From contig NMRA01000331.1 in NCBI GenBank assembly GCA_002633005.1, positions 437,462 to 501,461 on the forward strand: 64,000 nt of DNA, written 5' to 3'. This DNA comes from Phoronis australis. Taxonomy: Eukaryota; Animalia; Phoronida. Every line of letters begins with the position of its first letter. The first letter of the stretch is position 1. The translations under genes and the position numbers were made by a program. A model generated the notes under the pieces. It saw only the letters and a list, made by a program, of their open reading frames with translations. It ran no database searches and was not told where the DNA came from. This document shows positions 51,578-64,000 of this stretch, piece by piece.

Positions 51578-52481
51578 CTGGGCTTCACCTAGGATTTTGC
51601 AAACTGGGTGTCCAAAATGACCTCAATTTTCAAGTAGGCGTCGACTATTCTAACGGAGTGGATAAGAATTTCATTGAGTTAATTCGCGTCGAACCGCACC
51701 CCTCACATATTTAGAAGTTCATTGATTAATGCAAAATAATTAAATCTTGCGGTACCTGACAAGAATTGTGTGGTAGTAATAAAATCTGCATTTAAATAAA
51801 ATGTTTCAAATTAATGATAAAGTAAACTGATCTAAAATACGAAAACCACTGCATTTAAAAACTGAAGTGCTTAAAACAAACAGATTGTGATAATGTGAAA
51901 GAAGATTGCTTACAGTTATTAAGCCACCAGAGCCTGAACAGTCCATCACCATGAGCTAAATCAAGTCCCGTTTCGCCTTTCATGTAGGTAAGTGCACATT
52001 AACTATTAAATGAATCTTGTTAAACTACACCCCTGTGTTCAGCTAAAGAAAATAAACCTGGTCATCTTACTAATATTGGTGTCGTGCTATAAGTGTACCT
52101 TTCCCAAAAACGTAGCTTTTTTGCTAAATTTTGCAGAAAATCATGGTCAAATGACCGAGTAAAAAATAGAAAGAAGGCTTGTATAAAGTATTAGAAATGG
52201 AGATGTTCTGCAGTAGATATTGAATTGTAGCCTTTGTCTTCGTTTTCTCTCATCTTTGCATTTTATTTAAAACAACATGTGTGTGCCTTTGTATAGATCA
52301 TTTACGTACAAAATGACTGGCGCACTGCTCTTGCCATTCAGACGCTAGTAGTGGTTGACAAAAATAACTTGGGCATCCAAAAATAGAAATTAATATGAAA
52401 CAGGGCGTCCAAATTCGGGTTTGGGCGTCCTCCACTGGGCATTCAGTTGGACACCTTGGATGCTCGCTAGGTGAAGCCTTG
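51578..52481. mobile_element. hAT-like MITE
   Basis: TIR CTGGGCTTCACCTAG / CTAGGTGAAGCCTTG; near 8-bp TSD CATTGCAG / CGTTACAG; GGGCGTCC subterminal repeats. Confidence 0.7.
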
Positions 52482-53740
52482 CGTTACAGTAAATGTGCTT
52501 GATGTTAAATGAAAACATACATAGGGTTGTCAGAAAATCACATGCCTGCCAGTCATGCCAACAGGCAACAGAACAAACAGAAGACCTCACTAATAAATGA
52601 CATGATCATTAACAGACTACACTTTTACTAGGCAACATGTAGCCCCTCAACAAGTTGGACAGGGGCAACAACATTCCCCATCAGTTTCAGGGATATACCC
52701 AGGTTTCAAAACCCCGCTCACCAGTTGGGTGAGTGAGCCAGAAAATCTACTCGCCCAGCTCAACGTTCAGTCGCCCAGCCGTTTTGTGTAAGTCACCACA
52801 AACTTGCTGCCAACGTCAATAAAAATGGTAAAATCTGACACAAAATTAGAGTTTTTATAAATTACAATCTTCCTTGAGTATACTAAATTATTTACCGTTG
52901 TTGGAATAATTGGCGTTCAAAAATTATTTTGCTGCTAAAATTGCGGCACTACCTTTGCATCGGCTTCTGGCGCCAAGAAATATTGCGTCACCCACTGCCC
53001 AGTTTTTTTTGCCGATTCTTCAATCATCATTCATGGGAGGGTAACTTGTTCTAGGGTAACTTGCAGTACTTCTAATTGCCGTGTGACCGCAAACCTGGGG
53101 CAAGGCAGAAGTAATTATCAACTGCGGTTACATAACAGACAGGGTTTCTCTTGTGTGCTGTGTTCCCATCAGCTGTTCATTGTCATCCGCAGAGCGACAA
53201 CTTTTTGCCTTTCCCTAGTTATCAGATGTGTAAGTGTGGACGCTCCACTTAAAAGGGGGTAAGTTGTATACATTAGTGCAAGTTGTTCTAGGGTAGGCTG
53301 TGTGTGAACGGGACTAAAGAGAGCGTGACACCAGAGTCGACAGCAGTGTTGATGACCGAATTTTCCACTGCAAGCAAGAGACCCAATTAACTCTAATCAT
53401 CCAGCCATAAACGTTTGTAAACATCTTGTCTCCAGAGCAATGGTATGTGTTACTTATAACTCAGTGCATATATATATATGCACATTTTGTTCTATGTTAT
53501 TCACTGTATTTGAAATGAGTAACTTTTTAAGGGGTATACTATTGTTTGTGGATGCCTGTAGCTGCCACAGGAAGCAATTGCCTACACTTACAACACATGT
53601 AACATAGTTTGCTACTTAGTTTTCTGTGCACAATATATTTATCACCATACACGAAAACGTAATTTACAAAAATATCAAATTTTCATAGAAAAACAGAAGA
53701 CAGTTCATCATAATTTAATGACTTTACTCCTAAGACTCAC

Positions 53741-53888
53741 CTGAAATACGCAACACTTCTCTGTCGGGAGGATCAAGTTGAAGTATACGCAAAGGTAAAG
53801 TTAACTGCTGCAGGTCACGTTTGGTTTGCAACTGCAACTTTTCCAATTCTTCAAATTCCGGGTCGTAAGGAAAGCCTCCACGAGCCAT
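53741..53888 (-). CDS. DST: Spectraplakin first coding exon (MARGGFPYDPEFEELEKLQLQTKRDLQQLTLPLRILQLDPPDREVLRIS)
   Basis: AACATGG start with an in-frame TGA just upstream; 148 nt ending CAG|GTGAGT in phase 1. LDPPDREVLRIS-D matches dystonin LDPAERAVLRIA-D. Confidence 0.93.
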
Positions 53889-54089
53889 GTTTCACTGTAT
53901 GTCACTTAATAGTTACGGCATCACCACAGAGGACATGGACATTCCGAAATTGCCATAGCAGCAGCAAATATCCAGGTCTATCAGCAGACGAAAAAATCGG
54001 ACCAGGGACCGGTTCTCAACTCAGTCTGTAAAAGGCTATTCTAACGAATACAAGTTTACTAGGTTATCAATCATACCACAAACGTAGTC

Positions 54090-54300
54090 ACTCACAAGTT
54101 TAAAAGGACGAAACGAGCCCGTATTACTCTATCTTTCGCGGAATGAGGAATCCAATATTTCCAACCAAGGCTTCTAAGAACTTCCGGCTACTTATCAACG
54201 CGTGCGCACTCTGCGTAATGTTTTACGCCACTAGTTGGAACAAATAAAAACTATTCCGCGTCTGCTCAGATTGGGACTGAGACGGGCACGACTATACGGT
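54090..54300 (-). promoter_or_regulatory. Probable spectraplakin promoter / 5' UTR exon region
   Basis: CpG-rich; ETS-type CTTCCGG (54181), NRF1-like CGCGTGCGCA (~54200), minus-strand GTGAGT donor at 54091-54096. Confidence 0.5.
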
Positions 54301-57300
54301 ATATTCAAGGGTAGAGTGTTCAAGTATAAAAATATGATACTCACCCATCGGAGAGTGGATTCGGTAAAAGAACCCCTTTGAAGGGATCTTTTTTTGAAAA
54401 AGTCATCATTTCGTAGATTTCACTAGCTCCAGGATGCCACTGCCCAAGGCACCGGGTAACCCTTGGACAACCGGCTGAATAGACTAGAAGGTTTACCCAG
54501 AAATTAACATCTTTCGGTAACCAAAGTTGTAGAATTCTGTAGCGGGGAAAAATTAGATCTACCTTATATTGTAGACTTTTGAAGTACCCTGGTCAAAGTC
54601 ACGAAGGGGAATTAAATCGGAAAAGGTGCGGGGAATTTTGTCAGAAAAGGCACCCGGCTTTCCGTGAGAAAATATTTGGTGGAGTGGTAGCCCCTAATCA
54701 CTTTACGGGCCGGGTACCCCGGGCTAGGCCGCGCTCTAAGCTATTCGGACTGGCACTGAGGAAGGGCTGTATCTTGCAATTAAAATTTTATTTGCACGGA
54801 AAGTAGGTCCAGGTTCAGTGTGCCGCCGTGGGAGAGACGATCATTGGTTCTGTTCTAGAGACTTAGTGGATTAGAGTGTTTCCGGACTATGCTTTTTAGC
54901 GTCGTTCTGACACATCCAGCCTGATCAAGAAGAGGTGGATCCTCAAATTTGTAACTTTTCAAACCCACTCTGGACGAAATTATGTATCTATGTTTGTGAA
55001 GATATCAGTTTCCCCCCGAAAACTGAGGCTGAGACGGAATGCGACTGTTTTCTTTCTTGTCGTGTGTTTGCCTGCATGTTTGTGTATCATCTCTTCCTGT
55101 CAGTCCATCCATTTGTCTGACTGCCTGTTTGTCGGTCGGCCAGTGTGTCCGCGCATTTATCTATTTTTCACCTTATATGCCCTCACTATATCACTGTATT
55201 TACCGATATATTTTGATTTATCATCGGCGTAAGTAACAGCCACGGATATAACCAAAATACGACGTTTTACTGCGTGACTGCCATTCCACGAGAGCACCAA
55301 AAGGTCAACTTATGGGGTCACCGACTAAGATCTTGAAAAAATTGTTTGTTCACACATCCTGGTGAGATATGTTCACAATCTTTAGGCCTATTTCAAATTT
55401 TTGGGCCACTATTTGTTAAGTTAGAACGTCATGTATATTTTGGCCAAAATAGCCCATTTTCCGTTCAAAGAGTTCCAGTAAGTAAAGTAGTAACGGTTTT
55501 AAAAAACAGGAAAGAAAAATATCTTTATCATGTTTGAACCATCCTATAAGAAGACAGTCTGCATTTCCAAATATATTTTCGTTAGCCTTCAATGGACCGC
55601 CAAATTTCTGTAAATTTTACCACTTTGATTTAATTTTTAGCCATTTTTGAGGTGCCCTGTGCCGGGTTGCATGAAGCAGTCCCAAATTAAGTTCCCTAAA
55701 TCTTTTGTCTATTTGCGTCTTTGTTTACTCACGGATGTAATCCTTTTCTATTATTTCATCTTTATTATGATCTCCTCTTTGACTAAAGACATTTTCTAAT
55801 AATATAACTAAAAGTGAGCCCTGAATTTAATGAAAATAAACAGGGACCTAGTCCTTAAGTTAGGAGCTTTGCATGAAAAGATCCCTATATATTTTCGATA
55901 ATATTGAGAATTCAACGTCGAATTCACTCTCGATTTGTATCAAAGCCAAAAATTGATTTAGTGATGACAGCACAAGAAAGGACAACCAGTGTTTTCACAA
56001 GTTCGCAGTAGATTTAGGGAACTTAGTTGAGTCCCTATTTGTAATGACAGCAAATACCAAAATAATCTACATGTAGTGCCCCCCGTAAGAAAATTACAAG
56101 CAGAAACAGAACTTTTAATAATGGCCGCCTTTATTTCCATAAAGTATGCAAATTTATCATGCAAAACTGATTTCATTAACCTAGTTGACCAAAGGAACAT
56201 AGGTTCAAATATCATGATAGTTTACCTGTGTTGCTTGGTATCGCGGTTATAAGCGCAAATAGAATTTTGAATATTGGGGAACTTGATTTACAGCAATTAC
56301 GAAAATTTTCATTAATCATGCAACTTTATCATGCAACAACACGCAAACTGATTTCAATAAACTAATTGGCCATAAGTACATAGATGCAAATATGACAGTT
56401 CATGTGTGGTGCCTAGTACCGTAGCTATAAGCACAAGAAGTTTGACGATGTGTCCACCAAAATACTTGCACTATTTAATTGCAAAAACAGAATATTGCAT
56501 AATGACGACCTTAATTAGCATATTAAAAAATGCTCAGGGGTTATGAACGGTCACCCCCCTAAATCATGGTTACTTAACCCTATACATGAAACTGCAATGA
56601 AAAAACTTTATGAAACAAATCCAGGTTCAGCCCCCTGGCTTCCGGACTTTGAGTCCGACGGGCGACTTACTGGTCGGCAATCCACTCTGGCCGTTTTATT
56701 CTCAACTTCGCTTCCTGCCTGCGCTGGATATTTGGAATATCGCGGTCTTTATGCTTGGTCGTCTCAACAACTTTTCACGAGTCATGAGGAACAACTTGAC
56801 CGACAACATGGCAAGTTTAGCTTAGGCGAAGTGCTAAGCGCAGAGTCCATTTGCAAAGCGAGTATCCACTGGAATTAAATAAAACAACGAATATCTTCAT
56901 CAAGATGTGTCGATAGTCATATCATTGTTAACTGGCAGAAGACTGACGGTCTGTTACGCCGTGTACAGGCAAATACTGGCTTAAGCGATGAAAACGGGGG
57001 TTGGCTATCTTGTCATGTTGAACATGCTGATCAATGTTGCACAAAAAACGACTCGAACAAAGCCTGATTAGGTTGTTTTTAACGCAAACCAATGCATATG
57101 AACGCTTTCGGTGACTGCCGACGATAAACTTCTTTTGTTGCGACTGAAAATTCAAAAGAAAAAATCGAAGTGAGAATTTTGAACTATGTGATCGTTATTT
57201 TTCAGTCCGTTCAGGACGTTTATTAATGGATGCAGACGTACAAAAGTCATGTTTGAATTTTGTGACAAACTGCGACAAAAAAGTCGAAGAATTGCTTTGA

Positions 57301-57848
57301 GACCTCACTCTACAGGCCGACTGCTACAAGGGATGATTTATTTTGTCCTCCCCTGTTTAGCCAGCCTACCTCCCTGCTTGAGAAATTTTGAAAGTATATG
57401 CAATGTTTTTTTTGTTAACTATGCAATATTATAATGGGGACTTACAGTGGTCGCCGTTATTTTTTCATAGTGACAACAAGATTTTTGGTACACTTATTTG
57501 GTAACGTGACCAGTTGTTATTTCACGTTTTGTCCTTAGGCAATGCGCTCTCGCTGGTCGTCCGCTATTATGGCACGGTTTCGCCAGTGGTCGTCCTGAAG
57601 CAACACTTGTTCTCAAAATTGTCTCAAATTTCGGGAAAATGCATAGAAATTAAGTTTGTGACACTGAGACTATTCTTGTAGTACCAAATATATTTTACTC
57701 TAAGGACGAAAACGACAATGTAAGTAGGCATGTATCAGAAAATTTGACAAAGAAGTGATTAAGAATTTCGCCAACTAACACCGTGTAATATCTCACAAAG
57801 AAGTTTTCATGTCTGTCCACGCCGGAAACGGTGTGTTCGCTGCACTGA

Positions 57849-58340
57849 CTACGGTATTTCGTCTTCTTTTGGCAGCGGTTTATGGGGCTTTTTGATGAGG
57901 TACGGTTCTTCCACTATCGAACGTCCTAGCAACGCCCAGTCCGGCGTATACGGGAGATAGTTACTATCTGCACTGGATACAGTTCGCGAAGAGAACGTCA
58001 GTGCTGAAGTGCTGGTTACAGAATCAATGCTGAAATCGGAGTTTGTAGGTGTCGAAGGAGCATAGGGCTCCGGAATGCGATTTCTTCGACCTGCGGTCAA
58101 GGAGGCCTTGGTGGGCTTAATGAAACCGACGATCACCCCACCAGGCGTAACTCCTGTTTGTGGCTTATCTGCTAAGTCTCTGGTGGCCCGTGACTTCCGC
58201 TTTTCTCCGCGTTTCAAGATAGAAGACGGCTTGTAATCTGTCGGCGTTTTGCTCCTGCTACCGAGTCTACAACTGGACGATGATAAAGTTGGTTGCATCG
58301 CTACTTTCTTCTTTCCGTTTTCACTGGACGATAAATCCAT
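57849..58340 (-). CDS. Orphan Ser/Thr/Lys-rich ORF, 163 aa (MDLSSSENGKKKVAM...KPLPKEDEIP)
   Basis: ATG-initiated part of the longest ORF in the window (57849-58613); AAAATGG start context, GC/CpG-richer than its flanks; no recognised domain. Confidence 0.35.
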   Translation of the reverse strand: MDLSSSENGKKKVAMQPTLSSSSCRLGSRSKTPTDYKPSSILKRGEKRKSRATRDLADKPQTGVTPGGVIVGFIKPTKASLTAGRRNRIPEPYAPSTPTNSDFSIDSVTSTSALTFSSRTVSSADSNYLPYTPDWALLGRSIVEEPYLIKKPHKPLPKEDEIP

Positions 58341-59364
58341 TTTAAAGCACATCACAGGGATTGAAAGATTTATTACGACTCTTGTCAATGAAAAAAGCAA
58401 TGTAAACCCCCATTGGGTCGAAGGAGCACGGATGCCAGGGTGTTGTAGTGATAGTATATCTTGTTTTAATATTTGCATTTTTGATATCGCACACGTACAC
58501 TTTACGTGAAATTGATTTCGTGCTATTTTTCGCTCTAAAATCCCATGAAGTGTATAAAGTTGATTGTAGTTGTTGTCAAGCAACCTAAATTGACGAGTCA
58601 GCTCGCTCGCCACTTGACCATGTAAGGATGAAGGAACGCCAAGTTAGCGATAAGAATTCATATAAAATTGTATTTAGATACATGGAAAACAATGCTGCTT
58701 GAAGAGAGGTCCGCTGGGGAACACAGCTTGTGTGAAGCCATTCACATCCAATGTTCGGAACGCTCTAACTCAATGCACTATATGGTTTCCCATGAATCGT
58801 TGACACTGTTACACTGAGCTGTGATTCACTGATTGTTAGTCAATCCTGTTCTGGTAATTTTTGCGTGTTTTGGAATTTTCTGTGTATTGTACCTGTAGCC
58901 ATCCTGGCATCCATTCTCTGAACAAAGCTTGACAATGGCGGATGTTTTACTGCCAAAACATGTCGCTACATTTTAGAATAGTTGTCTTTATTCAAACTCT
59001 ACTTGTGTTTGTCAGTGCGACATTCTTCTATTGCAATTAATTCTGACCAAACGATTGGTTACAGAATTGCTCAATCGATACAAAGTTTGTCCATTTCTGT
59101 GTGACGTTATCACGTACATTACTATGGGTTAACCATATTTTTGAACGAATTGAAATACTTAGGCATGCACCCCGTCCGGTCTTTAGCTCTACTTGTTGAT
59201 ACAGGTTTCACGGTGAGTTGACGAGCAGAACTACCTTGGTTGTGTGCAATTTTGGGGTCTATGGAAGAAAAACACCCAATGGTAGGCTACCTAGCTGTAT
59301 TTTGACGATAGCCTTCATACAGCTAGCTGGTTGGCTAGGTGCAAATGCACAGTGTGCACTAGGG

Positions 59365-59682
59365 GGGCCCGCCCCTTCCCCCATTGGCTGCCGCAAGCAA
59401 AATGCCGGAAACAGCAACATCGTGAAGGGCGAGGAAAGATGGAGTTCAGTCGTAACCACAACCTGTAGCGGATGACGGAGGGGGGCTCAGAGCCCAGACC
59501 GCGGTGGAATCGTGTCCCGTTTTTTATTTTTTTAGTCCTTCCATTGATTTTCCGAATAGAGGTACACATCCCCAACCCCCGCAAATTTCAGGCCGACTGT
59601 GCGCATGCAGTCGCGCTTTGCCCAATTACCCGGATCCGTTGGCCCCCCCTCAGGTTTTTGGCGGTATCCTAGATCCGTGACT
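59365..59682. mobile_element. Second copy of the 40648-40957 MITE
   Basis: Shared TTGGCTGCCGCAAGCAAAATG, CTTTGCCCAATT and ATCCTAGATCC blocks. Confidence 0.7.
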
Positions 59683-60000
59683 CTTACATAAGAAAGACTG
59701 CCTTGGGTGGATTAGATAGTATGACGCATGAGGACTTCACAGTGACTGCAGATTAAGTCTTTGTTAAAAGTTTAGAGTCGACGAAATTTAACGCCGTTTG
59801 GTAGAGTAACTGTTATTAAAATGTTAGCTATTTCGAAACTTACCAAATCCACCAGTAAAGGTATTGGAAGAATTAAATGCGATATTCTTTAGATTTGTAT
59901 GGCAGGCTCGCAAGGATAAAATTAAACGAACTACGGCCTGTTTAAGACTAGATCAAGGAGGACTTCCAAAGTGGCCAGTTACTATACTCACTCTAGAGGA

Positions 60001-60240
60001 GGCAGTGTGGCCTGGTTGATTAAGTGCCCGCTTGCTTTACTCGAGGTTGTGGGTTCAGGTCCCACCAGGTCACAATGCTAAACCCTTGAGTCAGGTTTCT
60101 AGCTCCTCAGCTCGGTTTTAACCATATATTAATAAAGCATAAAAATATTTCCAGGTGACCAGTGCAATGGGCCCACATGTGAGGCCTGCGCACGTCTGGT
60201 ACAACGTGTATCAGACCGCCTGCAATTAAAAAAAAACAAA
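60001..60240 (+). mobile_element. tRNA-derived SINE
   Basis: A box TGGCCTGGTTGATTAAG, B box GGTTCAGGTCCC, CCCTTGAG core-like block, A-rich tail. Confidence 0.65.
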
Positions 60241-60329
60241 CTCACTCTACCCATTTATAAAGAATTTTGCTTCATTTGGAGAAGACTTTATTAAGTCACA
60301 GTTGACGCTTATTGATAATTCCTATTGGC

Positions 60330-61900
60330 GCGACGTATTTGGAAGTACGGAAACTTTCTATGAGAAAATAATCTTTACGAGTAAAGAAGAGTTTTTTTGT
60401 GGTTTAATAGCAACTTGGGAGGAGATAGAAGTGTTTATATAAGTCTTGGTTTGTGAAAGGCTTATGATTTATCAGAGACATATATACCTCTGATGTAGAG
60501 TTCGTTAGTTTAGACCATATGATAAACGAAATCAATGTGAAAACCAACTGTACTGTAGAATAGAATGGCGTTGTTTCTGTTCTAAGAAGGTTTCAAAGAT
60601 TATATTTCAAAGTAGATTTAAATGTGTCAACATCTATTCTCCTTGCATTTCTTTAACAATTACTTACGGAAGATTGTGAAGCGTTGTAGACATATTTCAT
60701 GTATTTTTAACGACATCAAGAAACCTAAGTCACAGTGTAAATGGGTAATATAGTTAGGAGATAGTTTAGATTGGAAGAGAATATAGTATTACGCACTGCT
60801 TTGCGAAATTACAAATGATCCCATTAGTTGATGATTCCAATTTAGAATATTACACAGGATTGTTGCGACAAATACCTTTTAGTCAAAATCCAAGTTCGGT
60901 ATTCTAATTTATGTTGCTTTTGCAAAAAAGCTCCAGAGACGCTGTTACTCTTTTTTTGGGAATGTCGCTCTGTAGAAGATTTTTGGATGGAATTCATAAA
61001 ATTACTTCAAAAGTTTCTCATTCAGCTTCCCTACGGTTTCTCGTACAAACGTGTTATTCATGGACTCAATAGGACACATGATTTTCTATTTAACATTTTT
61101 CTATAACTAGCCAAACTGTACATTTACAAGGAGAGGTGTCACAAACATATACCTGATATTTACAAGTTTGTTACTCATGAGTAGTATAATCTGATTTTAA
61201 AATAAAAGTCGTAATTTAAGGGTGATCACTTTTATCAAGCCTTCGTGGATTTTTCCAAAGCTTTTGATAAAATTCCTCATGTACTATTGTGGAAAAGATT
61301 TCAGATGATCGGAATCCATGGAAATGTCTTAAAAATTCTACAGTCTATGTATAATAAGTTGTGCACTTGTATAAGATGTCCCAAATTACTTTAAGTGTAT
61401 TGTTTGCACCGGACAGGGTTGTATGGTCAGTCCATTTTTATTCACTGTGCATCTTAACGAGTTTCCAATGTGCTTAAAAGATTTTAATAACAGTGATATA
61501 TTTTTAACTGAGAGTGTCTCGGAAGTTGCTTTTCTGCTCTCCACAGATGATATTTTATTGTGTGTTGGTTGTTAAAGCGCCTCCATGACTATTGCCTGTC
61601 CTGGAGTATGAATAAAATTTTTTAGAAATGGTGGCTTCCTGAGAACATTCGAAAATGATTCTTCGGAAGTTGAAGTCACCCAGTAGAAGTCGTAAGCCAG
61701 TTTGTCACTTCGAAACTTTCTTGGATAAAGACGACCACTTCAAAGCAAGGGAGCTAATGTGTTTTTTAATTATTTGATAAAATGGTTTATCCATCAATTT
61801 GTTAGGGAGCTGAAATCTGGAATTTAAATGGAGAATCCTAAACGATCAGTCTCAGGTTTATGACATGGGCAAAACCTCTTGGAGATTTCGTCAAAATCCT
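60330..61900 (+). mobile_element. Decayed LINE (endonuclease-RT) fragment
   Basis: AFVDFSKAFDKIPHVLLWKRF..IGIHG.VLKILQSMY (61240), GQGCMVSPFLF..LN (61411) and LLSTDD (61534, the YADD position). Boundaries approximate. Confidence 0.85.
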
Positions 61901-61960
61901 GCAGACTGAACCGTAAAAACGATCATTTTGTTGAAAAACTCGACATGTTTAAAACTTTCA

Positions 61961-64000
61961 ACTGGCCTCCACTGGCCTCCACAGCCCTCCACTGGCCTCC
62001 ACTGGCATCCACTGGCCTCCACTGGTCTTCACTGATCTTCACTGGCCACCCACGATGTCCACCGGACTCCACTGGCCTCCACTGGACTCCACTGGACACT
62101 ACCGGCTTTCACTGGGTCCACTGGAATCCGTTGACCTCAACTTGCCTCCACGGGCGTCCACGGGACTCCAAGGGCCTCCACTGGCCTCCAATGTAAATGT
62201 CCCCCACTGGCCTCCACTGGCCTCCACTGGCCTCCACCGGTCTCCACTGGTGTCCACTGAAATCCACTGGCCTCCACTGGCCTCCAATGGCCTCCAATGG
62301 CCTCCAATGGCCTCCAACGGCCTCCAGTGGCCTCCACTGATTTTCACTGGCCTCCTATGGCGTCCACTGGCTTCCACTGGCCTTCAATGGCCTCCAATGG
62401 CCTCCAAGGGCCTCCACTGACTTTCACTGGCCTCCTATGGCGTCCACTGGCCTCCACTGGCCTCCACTGGCCTCCACTGACTACCACGGGCCTCCACTGA
62501 CCTCCAATGGAGTCCACTGTCTTCTACTGGCCTTCACTGGCCTCCACTGGTCTCCACTGTTCTCCTCTGGCCTTTCCTGGCCTCCGATAGCCTCCTGTGG
62601 CCTCCACTGGCATCCCTAGCCTCCAATCGTCTCCACCGACCTTCACTGGCTTTCAATCCATTGGCCTACAATGGCCTCTACTGTTCTCCACGGATCTTCA
62701 CAGGCCTCCACTGGCCTTCACAGCCCTCCGCTAGCCTCCAGTGGTCTCCAGTGGCCTTTATGCCCTTCCACTAACCTCAACTATCCTCCAACGGTCTCCG
62801 CTAGCCGGGACAGGCCTCCAGTGGTCTCCACTGAACTCCACTCCCGTAGAGTGGCGGTCATTGGACTCCACTCGCCTCCAAAAGCTTCCACTAGGTACAA
62901 CACGCCTCCACTGGACTCCACTGGCCTTTAGTGGCCTCCACTGGTGTCCTGTAGTTTCCACTGGCCTCCACGTGCCCCCACTTGTCTTCAATGGCCTCCA
63001 CGGATCACCACTGTCCTCTAGTTTCCTCCAGGGGCCTCCATTGGCCTTTAACGGCCTCCACTGACCTGTACTGGCCTCCGCTGAACTCTGCTGGCCTCCG
63101 CTGTCCTCCGCTGGCCTCCGCTGTCCTCCGCTGGCCTCCGCTATCCTCCGCGGGCCTCCTGTGGTCACCGCTGGCCCCCGCTGGATCCCGCTGGCCCCCG
63201 CTGGCCTCCAGTGGCCTCGGCTGGCCTCCGCTGGCCTCCTGGGCATTCATTGGCCTCCTCTGGCCTTCACTGGCCTCCACTGGTCTCCACGGATCGTCAT
63301 AAGCTTCCGCTGGCATCCACAGCCCTCCGCTAGCCTCCACTGGTCTTCAGTGGCCTTTATGCCCTTCCCTAGCCTCCACTAACCTCCAACGGTCTCCGCT
63401 AGCCGGGACGGGCCTCTAGTGGTCTCCACTGCCCTCCACTCCCGTAGAGCGGCGGTCATTGGACTCCACTCGCATCCAAAAGTTTCCAATAGCTTCCACA
63501 CGCCTCCACTGGACTCCACTGGCCTTTAGTGGCCTCCACTGGTGTCCTGTAGTTTACACTGGCCTCCAAGTGCCCCCACTTGTCTTCAATGGACTCCACG
63601 GATCACCACTGTCCTGTATTTTCTTCCAGGGTCGTCCATTCGCCTTTAACTTCCTCCACTGACCTGTACTGGCCTCCACTGGCCTCTTTTATCCTCCACT
63701 AGCCGCCACTGGTCTCCACTATTCCCCACTAGCCTCCACTGGTCTCAACTGTCCTCCGCTGGCCTCTGCTGGCCTCAGCTGGCCTCCGCTGGCCTCCGCT
63801 GAACTCCAATGTCCTCCACTGGCCTCCAGTGGCGTCCTCTGGCCTCCGCTGTCCTCTGCTGGCCTCCGCTGGACTCTGCTTGCCTCCGTTGGCTTCCACT
63901 GTCCTCCGCTGGCTTCCGTTGGCCTCCTGTGGCCACAGCTGGCCTCCGCTGGCCTCCGCTGTCATCCACTGGTCTCCACTGGCCTCCACTGGCCTCCATT
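61961..64000. repeat. 10-bp satellite (ACTGGCCTCC)n with higher-order duplication; runs off the right edge
   Basis: About 200 degenerate decamers; the variant block at ~62685-63075 recurs at ~63283-63673. Confidence 0.97.

Larger units (their letters stand above)
279..53888 (-). other. DST: Spectraplakin gene (dystonin/MACF1/plectin/short stop family), 5' part; continues beyond the left edge
   Basis: Spliced translation MARGGFPYDPEFEELEKLQLQTKRDLQQLTLPLRILQLDPPDREVLRIS|[21 protein letters not shown]|[30 protein letters not shown]|[26 protein letters not shown]|[31 protein letters not shown] matches the dystonin/MACF1/plectin CH1 and its LDPxxRxVLRIxDERD lead-in. All junctions are GT-AG and phase-compatible. 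The symbol marks the family, not one-to-one orthology. Confidence 0.95.

Noticed and set aside
54500-54545. RILQLWLP resembling RILQLDPP of exon 1 (a possible duplicated exon)
   Set aside because: The similarity covers five residues and does not extend at the DNA level.
56543-56878. Plus-strand ORFs of 111 and 71 aa
   Set aside because: No recognisable domain, and the longer one starts inside a repeat-like end.
61-59672. Most other 60-150 aa ORFs in the supplied track
   Set aside because: Short, often non-ATG starts, lying in introns or transposon relics, with no recognisable protein motifs.
61879-63999. Many ORFs with ASTGLHWPPL / EASGGQWRPV repeats
   Set aside because: Artefact of a stop-free 10-bp satellite read in all six frames; the frames are broken by stops and indels.

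Overview
AT-rich eukaryotic (animal, probably invertebrate bilaterian) genomic DNA; there is no prokaryotic operon or CRISPR array. The window holds the 5' end of a minus-strand spectraplakin gene (dystonin/MACF1/plectin/short stop family). Five phase-compatible GT-AG exons (53741-53888, 16773-16834, 3933-4022, 2760-2837, 1244-1336) splice into the N-terminus and the full CH1 actin-binding domain, and the gene continues off the left edge. I also see a probable alternative first exon (27805-27871) and three in-frame microexons: HWRTK at the plectin exon 2-alpha position, and FSDLIVNS and ESNFV after CH1. The introns are filled with transposon relics: five co-oriented TA-flanked elements (four with a HIRAN-domain ORF), a Kolobok with THAP, ISL2EU/Harbinger, hAT and LINE fragments, a Helentron/HINE-like array with CTCF-like motifs, two Crypton-like elements containing a tRNA-like unit, and several MITEs. 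Right of the promoter (~54.1-54.3 kb) lie an orphan 163-aa ORF, a SINE, a decayed LINE and a 10-bp satellite with a ~598-bp higher-order duplication. Family assignments come from motif recognition by eye, not from database searches.
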